DNA of 61,763 nt from Gallionellaceae bacterium (GCA_003445795.1 DMCN01000066.1:23294-85056); one strand, 5' to 3'; counted from the stretch's first letter, positions 8,297-16,961 are shown. Notes: generated from the letters alone by a model not told the origin. Program-made: numbers and translations.

Positions 8297-9127
8297 TTAT
8301 CCGTGAAGGAGCTTGCCGCGCCCCTTTACCGTTCCGGTTGAAGTGGCCGTGCAAAGCATCAATCCCATCAAGCATGCATCGTTGCGAATCTTGGGGAAGC
8401 CGAGTTGCGCATAGGTGAATAGCGCCGTTTTGTTGGCTACGGCTTCTGTGGACATCTCGGTGCGGTGCCTTGTGCAGGTGATGCCGAAGTTGCCTGCCGT
8501 ACCTGTCGAAGCAGACAGGGTGACGCTGTTCACGCCACGGATGAACTTGCCGTTGGTCACCAGCGTATGCAGCGGAGTCATCCGGCCTGCAGGCATCGCT
8601 GTGCCGCCGATGGCGATGGCGGTAAGGTTGCCGGTAGTGCCGTCGCCATACGTGACGTTAACGGTAGCGTTGGAAGCCGTTGCGCCTGTCGCGGTGTACC
8701 ACTCCAACCACCAGGACAAATCGGAGTAATCTACATCGCCCAGGCGCTCTGCGGCCGGTGCAGTCACAGTTAGATCACAGCTCGTTGTGTTCTGCCCGGT
8801 GGTGACGTTGCCTACCAGTCCACCGAAATGAAGCAGTCGGTCGTGGATCTCAAGGTTGTTGTTCGCGTTGCCCGTTTGCAGCGTGTGCCAGCCGATGTAG
8901 GAGACCGCAGGGTCGGTCTGATTCGTGAACGGATGCGCGCCTGCCAAGGCGCTGGTGCAGACCGCAGAAGCTGCCGGGATAGCCGCCTGTGTCGGAATTC
9001 CCGTTGCTCTCCAGAGCGAGCAGTAAGTACCGGCCACCTGCGTGGCGATGGAAGCCTTGTCCCAGACCAGTTTTTCGTGCTGGTTTCCAAGCTTACTCAC
9101 CAGCGCATCGCGCGTATCGATGGTCAT
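8297..9127 (-). CDS. Hypothetical Thr/Gly-rich beta protein, probably structural
   Basis: 276-aa ORF translationally coupled to its neighbours; beta-rich composition. Confidence 0.65.
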   Translation of the reverse strand: MTIDTRDALVSKLGNQHEKLVWDKASIATQVAGTYCSLWRATGIPTQAAIPAASAVCTSALAGAHPFTNQTDPAVSYIGWHTLQTGNANNNLEIHDRLLHFGGLVGNVTTGQNTTSCDLTVTAPAAERLGDVDYSDLSWWLEWYTATGATASNATVNVTYGDGTTGNLTAIAIGGTAMPAGRMTPLHTLVTNGKFIRGVNSVTLSASTGTAGNFGITCTRHRTEMSTEAVANKTALFTYAQLGFPKIRNDACLMGLMLCTATSTGTVKGRGKLLHG

Positions 9128-9288
9128 ACGGCCTCCAGATAGGAAGCATCGAAGCCGCCCGCATCCTGATCGAGGATGAAGACGGTCGTTCCGTCCGGGT
9201 TATTCACGATGTCTGCGATGGTGTAGACGCCGGGAAAAGACTCGGCGAACACCCCGACAACGCGCACTGGCTGGCCGATTGCGAACAT
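9124..9288 (-). CDS. 54-aa hypothetical protein (below ORF-track cutoff)
   Basis: MFAIGQPVRVVGVFAESFPGVYTIADIVNNPDGTTVFILDQDAGGFDASYLEAV; fills the gap exactly and its stop overlaps the next ATG. Confidence 0.7.
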   Translation of the reverse strand: MFAIGQPVRVVGVFAESFPGVYTIADIVNNPDGTTVFILDQDAGGFDASYLEAV

Positions 9289-9291
9289 GGC

Positions 9292-9795
9292 TTAGTTGTC
9301 GAGCTGCAAGGTGGCTGCGCCCGCCGCAAAGCTGGGGGCGGCATCGCCGTTGTTGATCGTCTTGGGCGTGGTCAAGGCGGTGCGCCATAGCAGGTTGCCC
9401 GAGGTGGACGCATCGAACACGCAGTACTCGGTAACCAATCCCCAGCTCGCCGTGGGTGCCGGGAAGGTGATCGCGGCGTTGTTACTGGTGGTGCCGCCCG
9501 TACCGCTTGATGCGGCGGTGCTGCCAGCCGATTGCGTACCCGCCCAGTTAGCCAGGCTGGAGGTGACCGCCACCCTGGCATAGCTGCCGCCCGTGACCTC
9601 GGTGCCGCAGGCCGCATCCGACCCGGTGCTGGTCGCCAGCGCGACGTACACCGTGACGGGCATGGTGTACGCCTGGCCGCGCAGCAGTGCGTCGACGAGC
9701 TTGTTTTCGAGGTAGTCGGAAAGTGCACCGGCTTGCACCACAGCGGTGAAAGCCAGCAGCAACAGTCCGGTGATGAGGCGTTTAACTTTGTTCAT
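9292..9795 (-). CDS. Phage fibre-associated structural protein ('SDYLENKL' family) with an N-terminal signal-peptide-like extension
   Basis: AAGGA RBS; MNKVKR-LITGLLLLAFTAV-VQA/GALSDYLENKL; core 'GTEVTGGSYARVAV', 'ITFPAPTASWG', 'FDASTSGNLL'. Confidence 0.75.
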   Translation of the reverse strand: MNKVKRLITGLLLLAFTAVVQAGALSDYLENKLVDALLRGQAYTMPVTVYVALATSTGSDAACGTEVTGGSYARVAVTSSLANWAGTQSAGSTAASSGTGGTTSNNAAITFPAPTASWGLVTEYCVFDASTSGNLLWRTALTTPKTINNGDAAPSFAAGAATLQLDN

Positions 9796-9807
9796 GTCGT
9801 CGTCCTT

Positions 9808-10050
9808 TTAACGGTGAGAATCGCATTCGGCCAGCTTACGGAGCTGGTCGCGGCATTGGCTGTAAAGCTCCATCGACTCGATGTGGTTGTCGCGCAAGTC
9901 CGCCAACCTTCCCGACTTCGCCGGTGGCGGTGCTGGACAATCGGTAGTCAAGTTTGCCGAGCAGGGGCGCGGCTGTATTAGCGTTGGCTGCGTTCCAGAG
10001 GCGCAGGCTGTTAGCATCAAGGCTGCAATCAGCGGTAACAGGGTTTTCAT
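9808..10050 (-). CDS. o-spanin (Rz1-like lipoprotein)
   Basis: Lipobox LTAC, Pro-rich, second Cys; overlaps the 3' part of the i-spanin. Confidence 0.85.
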   Translation of the reverse strand: MKTLLPLIAALMLTACASGTQPTLIQPRPCSANLTTDCPAPPPAKSGRLADLRDNHIESMELYSQCRDQLRKLAECDSHR

Positions 10051-10291
10051 TGGCTTTCTCCTTGATCGTTCGGTACACCACACGGATCTGCTCGCGCGAG
10101 GTTTCGCGCGACTGGGCTACTTGTTCACGGCCTGTATTGGTTTCGTCCACCTTGGCTTGCGCGGCCTGCTGCGCTTGGGTTTGGTCGATGGCGCAGGCGG
10201 ACGACGCATGCTTGTCGCCATAGGCGTAACCGATACCGAACAGCGCGATAGATGACACAACCACGGCCAGCCAGTAGTTGAACGGGCTCAT
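9836..10291 (-). CDS. i-spanin (Rz-like)
   Basis: N-terminal TM, coiled coil, 'CSLDANSLRLWNAAN'; follows the holin. Confidence 0.8.
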   Translation of the reverse strand: MSPFNYWLAVVVSSIALFGIGYAYGDKHASSACAIDQTQAQQAAQAKVDETNTGREQVAQSRETSREQIRVVYRTIKEKANENPVTADCSLDANSLRLWNAANANTAAPLLGKLDYRLSSTATGEVGKVGGLARQPHRVDGALQPMPRPAP

Positions 10292-10524
10292 TCCATCCTC
10301 CCCAGACCAAACATCAGCGGGGCTGTGGTGACGACACGCAGCGCAGTGTTGGCGACCGGAATCAGGATCGCCAACCACTGGTAGATTTCAGGCGATACCA
10401 GCGGCTTGATGGCCTCGTACTTCACTTCCAGCACGATGCCGATGGCCGAGAGCAGGTTCACCCACAGGGTGCGGGACTTGTACCAGGGCTTGAGTTCGAC
10501 GACGCGCGCCACTTGAGTGTCCAT
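10288..10524 (-). CDS. Holin-like membrane protein
   Basis: Two hydrophobic segments, 'WYKSRTLWVN'; lies between endolysin and spanins. Confidence 0.75.
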   Translation of the reverse strand: MDTQVARVVELKPWYKSRTLWVNLLSAIGIVLEVKYEAIKPLVSPEIYQWLAILIPVANTALRVVTTAPLMFGLGRME

Positions 10525-10532
10525 GTGATTTC

Positions 10533-11003
10533 CTATGCGACGGTGTTGCGTGAGAGGGAAAGCCCGGCGGTATAGCTGACGCGGCCCTTGTCAAAATGGG
10601 CGGTCAACTCTTCGCAGCGATTGTTGTGGCGGGAAATAGCGAGATGCACCCACGCCCCTTCGTGGATGAGCTGGTCGTAATCGATCAGCGACCCGGCGAT
10701 CTTTTGTGCCACTTCCAGCGGGCTACCGAAGTCAGGGGCGATGAAGTCGACAGCCAAGCCATGCATGTGCGCACTGGTCTTCGCCCCGCCGATGGCCGCA
10801 TTGAGCGCCGGGCAGCGATAGCCGCTGCTGATGTAGATCGGAACGCCCAACTGCGCGCGCACACGCTCCATCGTGTCGGCAAGCAATCCAAGATTGCGCA
10901 CCACCTCGAAAGGCGGGTTGCTGTTGTTGATGCCCAAACGCAGCGCGGTGTCCGAGCGCAGCATTTCGTCCAGGGAAAAGTGATCAGTCAGGCGGAGTTT
11001 CAT
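10533..11003 (-). CDS. Endolysin, peptidase M15 family
   Basis: 'LTDHFSLDEM', 'ISSGYRCPALN..IGG...SAHMHGLAVDF', 'WVHLA'. Confidence 0.9.
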   Translation of the reverse strand: MKLRLTDHFSLDEMLRSDTALRLGINNSNPPFEVVRNLGLLADTMERVRAQLGVPIYISSGYRCPALNAAIGGAKTSAHMHGLAVDFIAPDFGSPLEVAQKIAGSLIDYDQLIHEGAWVHLAISRHNNRCEELTAHFDKGRVSYTAGLSLSRNTVA

Positions 11004-11161
11004 GCCTTGCTCCAGCGCGAAGGCTCAATCAGGCAAAGGGATCGCTCAACGGTGTAATGCCCCACCGGACGCTTTGCGCATGAGCCGTAGTAATCCATGC
11101 GCGGATCGGTATGGCGCGTCCAGTTGGCACAAGTGCCGCAGGTGTGTTGAGGTGTGTTCAT
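11000..11161 (-). CDS. 53-aa four-cysteine mini-protein, first gene of the left late arm
   Basis: MNTPQHTCGTCANW...GSCAKRP...CLIEPSRWSKA; stop overlaps the endolysin ATG; missed by the ORF track. Confidence 0.65.
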   Translation of the reverse strand: MNTPQHTCGTCANWTRHTDPRMDYYGSCAKRPVGHYTVERSLCLIEPSRWSKA

Positions 11162-11169
11162 GGCACGCG

Positions 11170-11217
11170 AGGTTACGCGCGCGCGGGGAGAGGGTTAAGC
11201 CGGAAACGTTTCCGCAA
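11170..11217 (-). promoter_or_regulatory. Late promoter (left arm): Mor/C-type dyad CGGAAACGTTTCCG + CTTAAC-N18-TAACCT
   Basis: 24 bp identical, inverted, to 24101-24124; palindrome at 11201-11214; same 18-nt spacing to a -10-like hexamer. Confidence 0.75.
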
Positions 11218-11244
11218 AAAAGAAAAACCCCGCACTGGGCGGGG
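11216..11244 (-). terminator. Intrinsic terminator of the repressor/accessory operon
   Basis: CCCCGC-N5-GCGGGG hairpin followed by a T-rich tract on the minus strand. Confidence 0.75.
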
Positions 11245-11277
11245 CTGGTTCAGTAGAGGGTGTGCGATTATTTATTT

Positions 11278-11727
11278 TTAGTAGAGCGTTCTCACTCGCA
11301 CGTATTTTTCAGTCATGCTTCGCGCGGAATCCTCTGGCAATTCATTGAAATCTGCTACGGTTGAAATGTCGTAATTGTAGAAATAGGACTTTCCAGCTTC
11401 GCATTTCACGAGCCTAGGGGTTGCATAAGGACCAGAAATCCAATGTTCTCCAGGAACAACATCCTTCACCACATAGCTACCTGGTGCAAGTCTCGAAATC
11501 TCTCGTCCATCAATAGAAAGTGGCCATGCACCTACCGCCCCGAGTAGCATCACCTCGCGAATAATTACCAAAGTGGCCTTTCCTTCGGTGGGTTTCGAGA
11601 TGAATTTCCCTTGTTCGTCATGTTTAAATTCAGGCGGGACAACTGCACATCCGGCAAGCAATATTGTCAACAAAGCAAATGGGATAAGCGCTCTTTTCAT
11701 GTATTTCTCCATGTCAAATCTTCTCAA
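11278..11727 (-). CDS. Accessory lipoprotein (DUF2846-like)
   Basis: Lipobox LAGC; 'KATLVIIR...LSIDG..I..LAPGSY...V.PGEH.I...CEAGKSYF'; the true start may be a downstream Met. Confidence 0.75.
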   Translation of the reverse strand: MRRFDMEKYMKRALIPFALLTILLAGCAVVPPEFKHDEQGKFISKPTEGKATLVIIREVMLLGAVGAWPLSIDGREISRLAPGSYVVKDVVPGEHWISGPYATPRLVKCEAGKSYFYNYDISTVADFNELPEDSARSMTEKYVRVRTLY

Positions 11728-12412
11728 CCACCACGGCTGTGCCGCTAGCCACGAGGAATAGCATACTCTTCCCGCCCCCGGATATCTCGCTGTAGTCCAG
11801 ATCCACGCCGATCACAGCATTGGCGCCGAGGCGGTCGGCTTCTGCCTTCAGGTTGACCAGGCAAGATTCACGCGCTTCGCGCAGTTCGTCTTGCAACGAT
11901 CCGCTGCGACCGCCGATCGCATCCGTAATGCTGGCAAAAAACTCCCGGATCACATTCACGCCGCCGACGTATTCGGCGGTGATGATCTCGCGGTGGTCAA
12001 CGATGCGATACCCTTCCAGTTGCGGCGCGGTGGTGGTTTTGATGCTGGATACGCGACGCATCCACTCTTCCAGCTTGGCCTGCTTTTGGGCTTCCCTTTC
12101 CTGCTCGGAAAGGATCTCTGATTCTTTTAGAAACCCGCTCAAAACCTCACCGACACCCTCGATCACTGTGTCCTGTATTGGGTATGTAACAAGCGAAATA
12201 CCCAACGACCCAGCTGCCACGCGATGGTTAATGACTTGCCTGTTGCGGATCACCACCAGGTCGTTTTCAGCGCCAACATTAGCGGGTGAAACTAAATCCC
12301 TGATCGTTTCGAGTTCGAGGCCGTTGTATTTGTACAGCACATCATGCACGCGAATACCCAGCTTTGCGGCTTTCCCAGTTGGATCGACATCGACAACAAC
12401 GAGACCTGGCAT
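11714..12412 (-). CDS. PDZ-like domain fused to a YbjQ/UPF0145 domain
   Basis: N-terminal 'VVVDVDPTGKAAKLGIRVHDVLYKYNG'; C-terminal 'TTAPQLEGYRI...GGRSGSLQDELREARE...GANAVIGVDLDY...LVASGTAV'. Confidence 0.8.
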   Translation of the reverse strand: MPGLVVVDVDPTGKAAKLGIRVHDVLYKYNGLELETIRDLVSPANVGAENDLVVIRNRQVINHRVAAGSLGISLVTYPIQDTVIEGVGEVLSGFLKESEILSEQEREAQKQAKLEEWMRRVSSIKTTTAPQLEGYRIVDHREIITAEYVGGVNVIREFFASITDAIGGRSGSLQDELREARESCLVNLKAEADRLGANAVIGVDLDYSEISGGGKSMLFLVASGTAVVVEKI

Positions 12413-12423
12413 AACAACCTCCC

Positions 12424-13008
12424 TCAGAAAAAACTAGATGCATATGGTGGCGGTGGCGGAAACCTCTTCGCCCACCCAAGTCGCATAAACACTTCCAGCA
12501 ACTTCTGCATGCCGTCCTTATCGAGGCGCTTCATATGCTCAAGCCCACCGCTCTGCGCACTCATCTTCACCGACAGGTTATACAGATCGGCGGCGTATCC
12601 AATCTGGACTGCGGCTGGTTGCGCCTCAAACTCGGCCCCGTGCACCTGCCTGCAAGCAGCGTGACAAGCCGCCAGGATATTCACCTCAATCGCCGAACCT
12701 GTCGCCTCTGATGATCCGCCAGCCATGTACACGTTTTCCAGTTGACGCAATCTTCTGGGAGATCCGGTAGTCACGGTTTGTGAATATTCTGGTGAAAATA
12801 CAGCATCGAGGGATATGCCGCGTCCGTTCGAGACGGCAACCACCTCGTCGTATGGAATCGACCCGCTCTTCTTGCGATTGGCGAATGTATTGGGCTTCAT
12901 GCCCAGTGCATCGGCCAGTTCGGCATCCGTTTTAACGGCTAGCAGAACCCGCAGCCGATCCATGACGGCGTCAAATAGTTCACGATTTGTGTTTTCCGTG
13001 CTTGACAT
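12424..13008 (-). CDS. Prophage repressor (CI-type HTH, no peptidase domain)
   Basis: 'TDAELADALGMKPNTFANRKKSGSIPY'; divergent from ner. Confidence 0.85.
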   Translation of the reverse strand: MSSTENTNRELFDAVMDRLRVLLAVKTDAELADALGMKPNTFANRKKSGSIPYDEVVAVSNGRGISLDAVFSPEYSQTVTTGSPRRLRQLENVYMAGGSSEATGSAIEVNILAACHAACRQVHGAEFEAQPAAVQIGYAADLYNLSVKMSAQSGGLEHMKRLDKDGMQKLLEVFMRLGWAKRFPPPPPYASSFF

Positions 13009-13044
13009 TCACGTTCCGTGTATTAAGATGCTCACAAATTGTGA
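12980..13044. promoter_or_regulatory. Immunity region: three operator-like dyads and the early promoter
   Basis: TCACGATTTGTGT (12980-12992), TCACGTTCCGTGT (13009-13021), TCACAAATTGTGA (13032-13044); TTGACA (13002-13007)-N16-TAAGAT (13024-13029). Confidence 0.65.
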
Positions 13045-13073
13045 ACATAATTGCATCACGAAAGGACACGAAC

Positions 13074-13268
13074 ATGTCTTCCGATCAGGTCAAAAAACGA
13101 TTCAGACAGCAAGGCACCACCTTTACCGACTGGGCCAAAAAGAACGGCTACACCAGGAACGAGGTGTATCGGGTACTCAACGGCCAAGCCAAGGGCAACT
13201 ACGGCAAGGCGCATGAGATCGCCGTCAAGCTCGGTCTGAAACAAGACCCCGAAAAACTCGCCGCCTAG
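13074..13268 (+). CDS. ner: Ner/BcepMu gp16-like transcriptional regulator
   Basis: AAAGGA RBS; 'FTDWAKKNGY....VYRVLNG..KGNYGKAHEIAVKLGLK'. Confidence 0.85.
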   Translation: MSSDQVKKRFRQQGTTFTDWAKKNGYTRNEVYRVLNGQAKGNYGKAHEIAVKLGLKQDPEKLAA

Positions 13269-13276
13269 GAGCCGCC

Positions 13277-13393
13277 ATGCGAATCGCTTTGTGTATAGCG
13301 GCATTTTACGCAATAAAAACTGCTTTCACTCATTCCAAGCGCCTATTTGTTTGGACGGCTGTTCAAGCACGTGAAGTGAGGTCATTCCAATGA
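13277..13393 (+). CDS. 38-aa hypothetical peptide
   Basis: AGGAG RBS; stop overlaps the next ATG (ATGA). Confidence 0.45.
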   Translation: MRIALCIAAFYAIKTAFTHSKRLFVWTAVQAREVRSFQ

Positions 13394-13866
13394 CACGACG
13401 CAATTGGAAGCGCATCCAGCCCACCAGCCTGCGCCAGGCATTGGAGCTGTGCAAAGACCACGCCCGCGAACGCCTAAACCTGTCGGTCGAACTCATTGCA
13501 GACCGCATGGGGGTGACCGATCACTGGACCCTCTACAAGTGGATCCAGAAGGGCAGCATCCCGGCCAACATGATCCGGCCATACGAGATCGTCTGCGGAA
13601 TCGATTACGTCACCCGCTGGCTGGCAGCAAGCGCAGGACGCTTGTTGATCGAAGTTCCTACCGGCCGCGCCGCCACCCCATCCGACATTCAAGCCCTGCA
13701 GGAGCTGCTCAATACAGCGGTCGGGCAGCTGCTCCAGTTCCACAGCGGCAAGGCGCAGGCGGATGACGCGCTGGCCGCGATCCAGCAGGGCATGGAGGGC
13801 TTGGCCTGGCACAAAGGCAACGTCGAGAAGCATCTGCAACCCGAGTTTCAATTCACTGAGGAATAG
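13390..13866 (+). CDS. Conserved early HTH-like protein of transposable phages
   Basis: 'PTSLRQALELCKDHARE..NLSVE.IAD.MG...WTLYKW'. Confidence 0.7.
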   Translation: MTRRNWKRIQPTSLRQALELCKDHARERLNLSVELIADRMGVTDHWTLYKWIQKGSIPANMIRPYEIVCGIDYVTRWLAASAGRLLIEVPTGRAATPSDIQALQELLNTAVGQLLQFHSGKAQADDALAAIQQGMEGLAWHKGNVEKHLQPEFQFTEE

Positions 13867-13868
13867 GC

Positions 13869-14171
13869 ATGGCAACGAAACCAAACCAATCCGCGACCAA
13901 GCTTTTCACCGTGCTGGACGTGCTGTGGCGCAACTTCGCCAATGGCTACACGCCGGGCGAATTGGCAAAGGCCACCGGACTCAGCGCCAGCAGCATCACC
14001 GTCTACGTCAAGACGCTGCAGGAGGCTGGATACGCCGAGCAGATACCAACCACAAACCGCATCCGCGTCTCCGTGCAGGCCGCGCGCAAGGCGCTGCAAG
14101 TGATGCAAAGCCTGGACGCCGAAGAGCGCCGCATCGGGGAAATTCGCAATCGCCTTTCAACATCAGCATAA
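13869..14171 (+). CDS. IclR-like winged-HTH protein
   Basis: 'KLFTVLDVL...GYTPGELAKATGLSASSITVYVKTLQEAGYA'. Confidence 0.7.
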   Translation: MATKPNQSATKLFTVLDVLWRNFANGYTPGELAKATGLSASSITVYVKTLQEAGYAEQIPTTNRIRVSVQAARKALQVMQSLDAEERRIGEIRNRLSTSA

Positions 14172-14183
14172 GGGAGCAACAAC

Positions 14184-15170
14184 ATGGCACGCAAAGCTAC
14201 AACCACAACAGCTGAGTCGCACGTAGTCACCAAAGAACAGACGCCTGCAATCGATGCGGCTTTTCTGGCCGCCAATCAATTGGCGGTAATGAAGGATCAG
14301 TACAGCGAAGATCGCGATCTGGCCAACCAGATGCTTGGTCAGATTCAAATGAGCATTTCAATATCAAAATTCACGACGGTCGTGGGTTTGTCAAAGCTCC
14401 GCGAAATCAAGGAAAGCAAGCTTTATAAGGCTTTGGCGGGCAAAACCATCGTTTTGGCTAACGGCGAAAATACCCGACTCGTCGGGACTTGGGCCGAATA
14501 TTGCGAGTTGCTCGGGACTTCCGCCAACAAGATCGATGAAGACCTGATGAACCTCCGCGTCTTCGGCGAGGATGCGATGGAAAGCCTCACCCGCATCGGT
14601 GCCGGATACCGTGAACTGCGCCAACTGCGCAAACTGCCAGAAGACCAACAGGCCGCGCTGATCGAGGTCGCCAAGCTGGGTGACAAGGATTCGTTCATCG
14701 AGTTGGCCGAAGAGATCATCGCCAAGCATGCCAAGGAAAAGGAAGAGCTGACCAAGGCCAAAGCCGAGCTGCAGGCCGACTACGAGGCCCAAGGCACGAT
14801 CATCAGGAAGAAAGACGAGAAGCTCAACAGCGTCGAGAAGCAGCTGCACAAGCTGCAAAACCGTGCCGGTGATTGGCATCCGCGCGCAACCGAGATCGCC
14901 ATCGAAACCACACGTCATGCGGCTGGAGCGCTCGAAGCGCTCGACAAGCTCGATGCCATGCGCGATGCGATCCTGACCGAAGAGTTCGGCGAAGAAGATC
15001 GCGATGCCGCCATTGAGGCAATGGCGGTCGTGTACTACGACGGCGTGAGCCAGATCGCGGGCAGGCTGGCCGAGGTGATGGCGGCCTGTGAAGAGGTGTT
15101 CATCGGCTACAAGGAAAAAGCCCGCCCGATGCTGGACGTTGAAGCCTTTCAACCCAAGGCTAGCAAGTAA
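14184..15170 (+). CDS. DUF3102-like coiled-coil early protein
   Basis: Usual position before the transposase; 'LRQLRKLPEDQQAALIE' and a long coiled coil. Confidence 0.65.
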   Translation: MARKATTTTAESHVVTKEQTPAIDAAFLAANQLAVMKDQYSEDRDLANQMLGQIQMSISISKFTTVVGLSKLREIKESKLYKALAGKTIVLANGENTRLVGTWAEYCELLGTSANKIDEDLMNLRVFGEDAMESLTRIGAGYRELRQLRKLPEDQQAALIEVAKLGDKDSFIELAEEIIAKHAKEKEELTKAKAELQADYEAQGTIIRKKDEKLNSVEKQLHKLQNRAGDWHPRATEIAIETTRHAAGALEALDKLDAMRDAILTEEFGEEDRDAAIEAMAVVYYDGVSQIAGRLAEVMAACEEVFIGYKEKARPMLDVEAFQPKASK

Positions 15171-15179
15171 GGGGCGATC

Positions 15180-16955
15180 ATGGCGATGAACGAGCCAGCA
15201 ACCCTCAAGGTACAGGACGCCCTGCGCGAACTCGCGTGCCTTCTGGACGCAGCGCCGCATGGCGAGCGTTCGGCCATGATCGATGCCTTCGCCGAGATGT
15301 ACCAATGGGGAAGAGGCCGGGTCTACAACCGCCTGAAAGAGGTGGGTTGGTCCAGCGGCCGCAAGACGCGCTCGGATTGCGGCACAACCTCGCAGGACAT
15401 GGCCGTGCTGACCGACGTGTGCGCCACGCTGCGCATCGGCCAGCGCAAGAACGGCAAGGCTACCATGCACACGCCAACCGCCGTCTCCCTGTTATCGCAG
15501 AACGGCCGCGAGATCACCGTCTCCAACAGCCGCGTCAACGCGCTGCTCAAGGCCAACCAGATGAACATGGCATCGCAGCGCCTGGACCGCGCCGCACAGT
15601 CCATGCGTTCGCTGCATCCCAACCATGTGCACCAGGTAGACCCGTCGCTGTGCCTGATCTACTACATGCCGGACGGCAAGCAACGCATCATCCAGGAAGA
15701 CGAGTTCTACAAGAACAAGCTGGAGAACGTTGCCAAGCTCAAACTCAAGGTGTGGCGCTACGTCCTCACCGACCATTTCAGCAACACCACCCTCGTGCGC
15801 TACTACCAGGCCAAGGGTGAGACGCAGGCCAACCTGTTCGACTTCCTGCTGTATTGCTGGAACAAGCAGGAAGGCCGCGTTATGCACGGAGTCCCGCAAA
15901 TGCTGTACTGGGACAAGGGCAGCGCCAACACAGCCGGTGCGATCAAGAACGCGCTGCGCGCCCTGCAGGTCGAGGCCATCGAACACAAGGCCAAGAACCC
16001 CCGCGCCAAGGGCTCCGTTGAGAACGGCAACAACCGTGTCGAATGCCTGTTTGAAAGCCGCCTGATGTACGAGCCGGTCGAGAACGTGGACCAGCTCAAC
16101 GCCGCCGCCGAGGGCTGGTACAACGCCTACAACGCCGACGCCATCCCCAACTACGACGCGCGCCTGCATCGCAAATACATGGCTGAGCCAACGGCGCGCT
16201 ATGCCCTGTGGCAGATGATCCGCCGCGAGCAGCTGCGCATCCTGCCGCAGGTAGACCTGTGCCGCCTGCTGCTCTCTGCCGACAACATCGAGCGCAAGGT
16301 AGACCAGGAACTGACCATCAGCTTCAAACACCCCGGCCCCAAGCAGCGCCTGCATTACGACGTGGGCCATATCCCCGGCGTATTCTTCGGCGCGATGGTT
16401 AAGGTATCGCCCCTGGTGTACGGCGAAAACCAAGTGCTGGTAACCGTTACGGACTACAAGAATGAAGAAACCACCCACATCGTTTCTCCCGTTGCTGCTG
16501 ATGCTGGTGGCTTCCGCGCCGACGGCGCCGTTTACGGTGAAGAATACAAATCTCGCCCCGATACCGTCATCGAGACGGCGGGCAAGGCCGCCGATCAGGC
16601 CGCCTATGCAGGGCTATCAATCGAAGAAATCGAAAAGGCCAAGAACAAGAACGCCGTCCCGTTTGGCGGCTTGGATGCTCACTCGCATCTGAAGGACGTA
16701 GCAGCGCCATCGTTCATGGATCGCCCTGGCGAACGCCTGAACGTGCCCAGCCCCATCCACGTCGAGATCAAGCCACTCACCCACACCCAAGCCTCAATGC
16801 GCCTGCGCAGCATGCTGGGAAGGCCGGTTACGGCTGAGGATCGGGCGCACCTGGTCGAGTGGTACCCGGACGGAATCATGGAAGAGAAGCTGCAGGAAGC
16901 GGCGGATCACCTGGATGGGAAGTTCGCGGCGCCGGTGCTGCGGTTGGTTGGCTGA
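15180..16955 (+). CDS. DDE transposase (MuA/B3-type)
   Basis: Catalytic triad context HQVDPS / LYWDKGSAN / RAKGSVENG; N-terminal 'RKTRSDCG' hook. Confidence 0.93.
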   Translation: MAMNEPATLKVQDALRELACLLDAAPHGERSAMIDAFAEMYQWGRGRVYNRLKEVGWSSGRKTRSDCGTTSQDMAVLTDVCATLRIGQRKNGKATMHTPTAVSLLSQNGREITVSNSRVNALLKANQMNMASQRLDRAAQSMRSLHPNHVHQVDPSLCLIYYMPDGKQRIIQEDEFYKNKLENVAKLKLKVWRYVLTDHFSNTTLVRYYQAKGETQANLFDFLLYCWNKQEGRVMHGVPQMLYWDKGSANTAGAIKNALRALQVEAIEHKAKNPRAKGSVENGNNRVECLFESRLMYEPVENVDQLNAAAEGWYNAYNADAIPNYDARLHRKYMAEPTARYALWQMIRREQLRILPQVDLCRLLLSADNIERKVDQELTISFKHPGPKQRLHYDVGHIPGVFFGAMVKVSPLVYGENQVLVTVTDYKNEETTHIVSPVAADAGGFRADGAVYGEEYKSRPDTVIETAGKAADQAAYAGLSIEEIEKAKNKNAVPFGGLDAHSHLKDVAAPSFMDRPGERLNVPSPIHVEIKPLTHTQASMRLRSMLGRPVTAEDRAHLVEWYPDGIMEEKLQEAADHLDGKFAAPVLRLVG

Positions 16956-16961
16956 AAAGAT

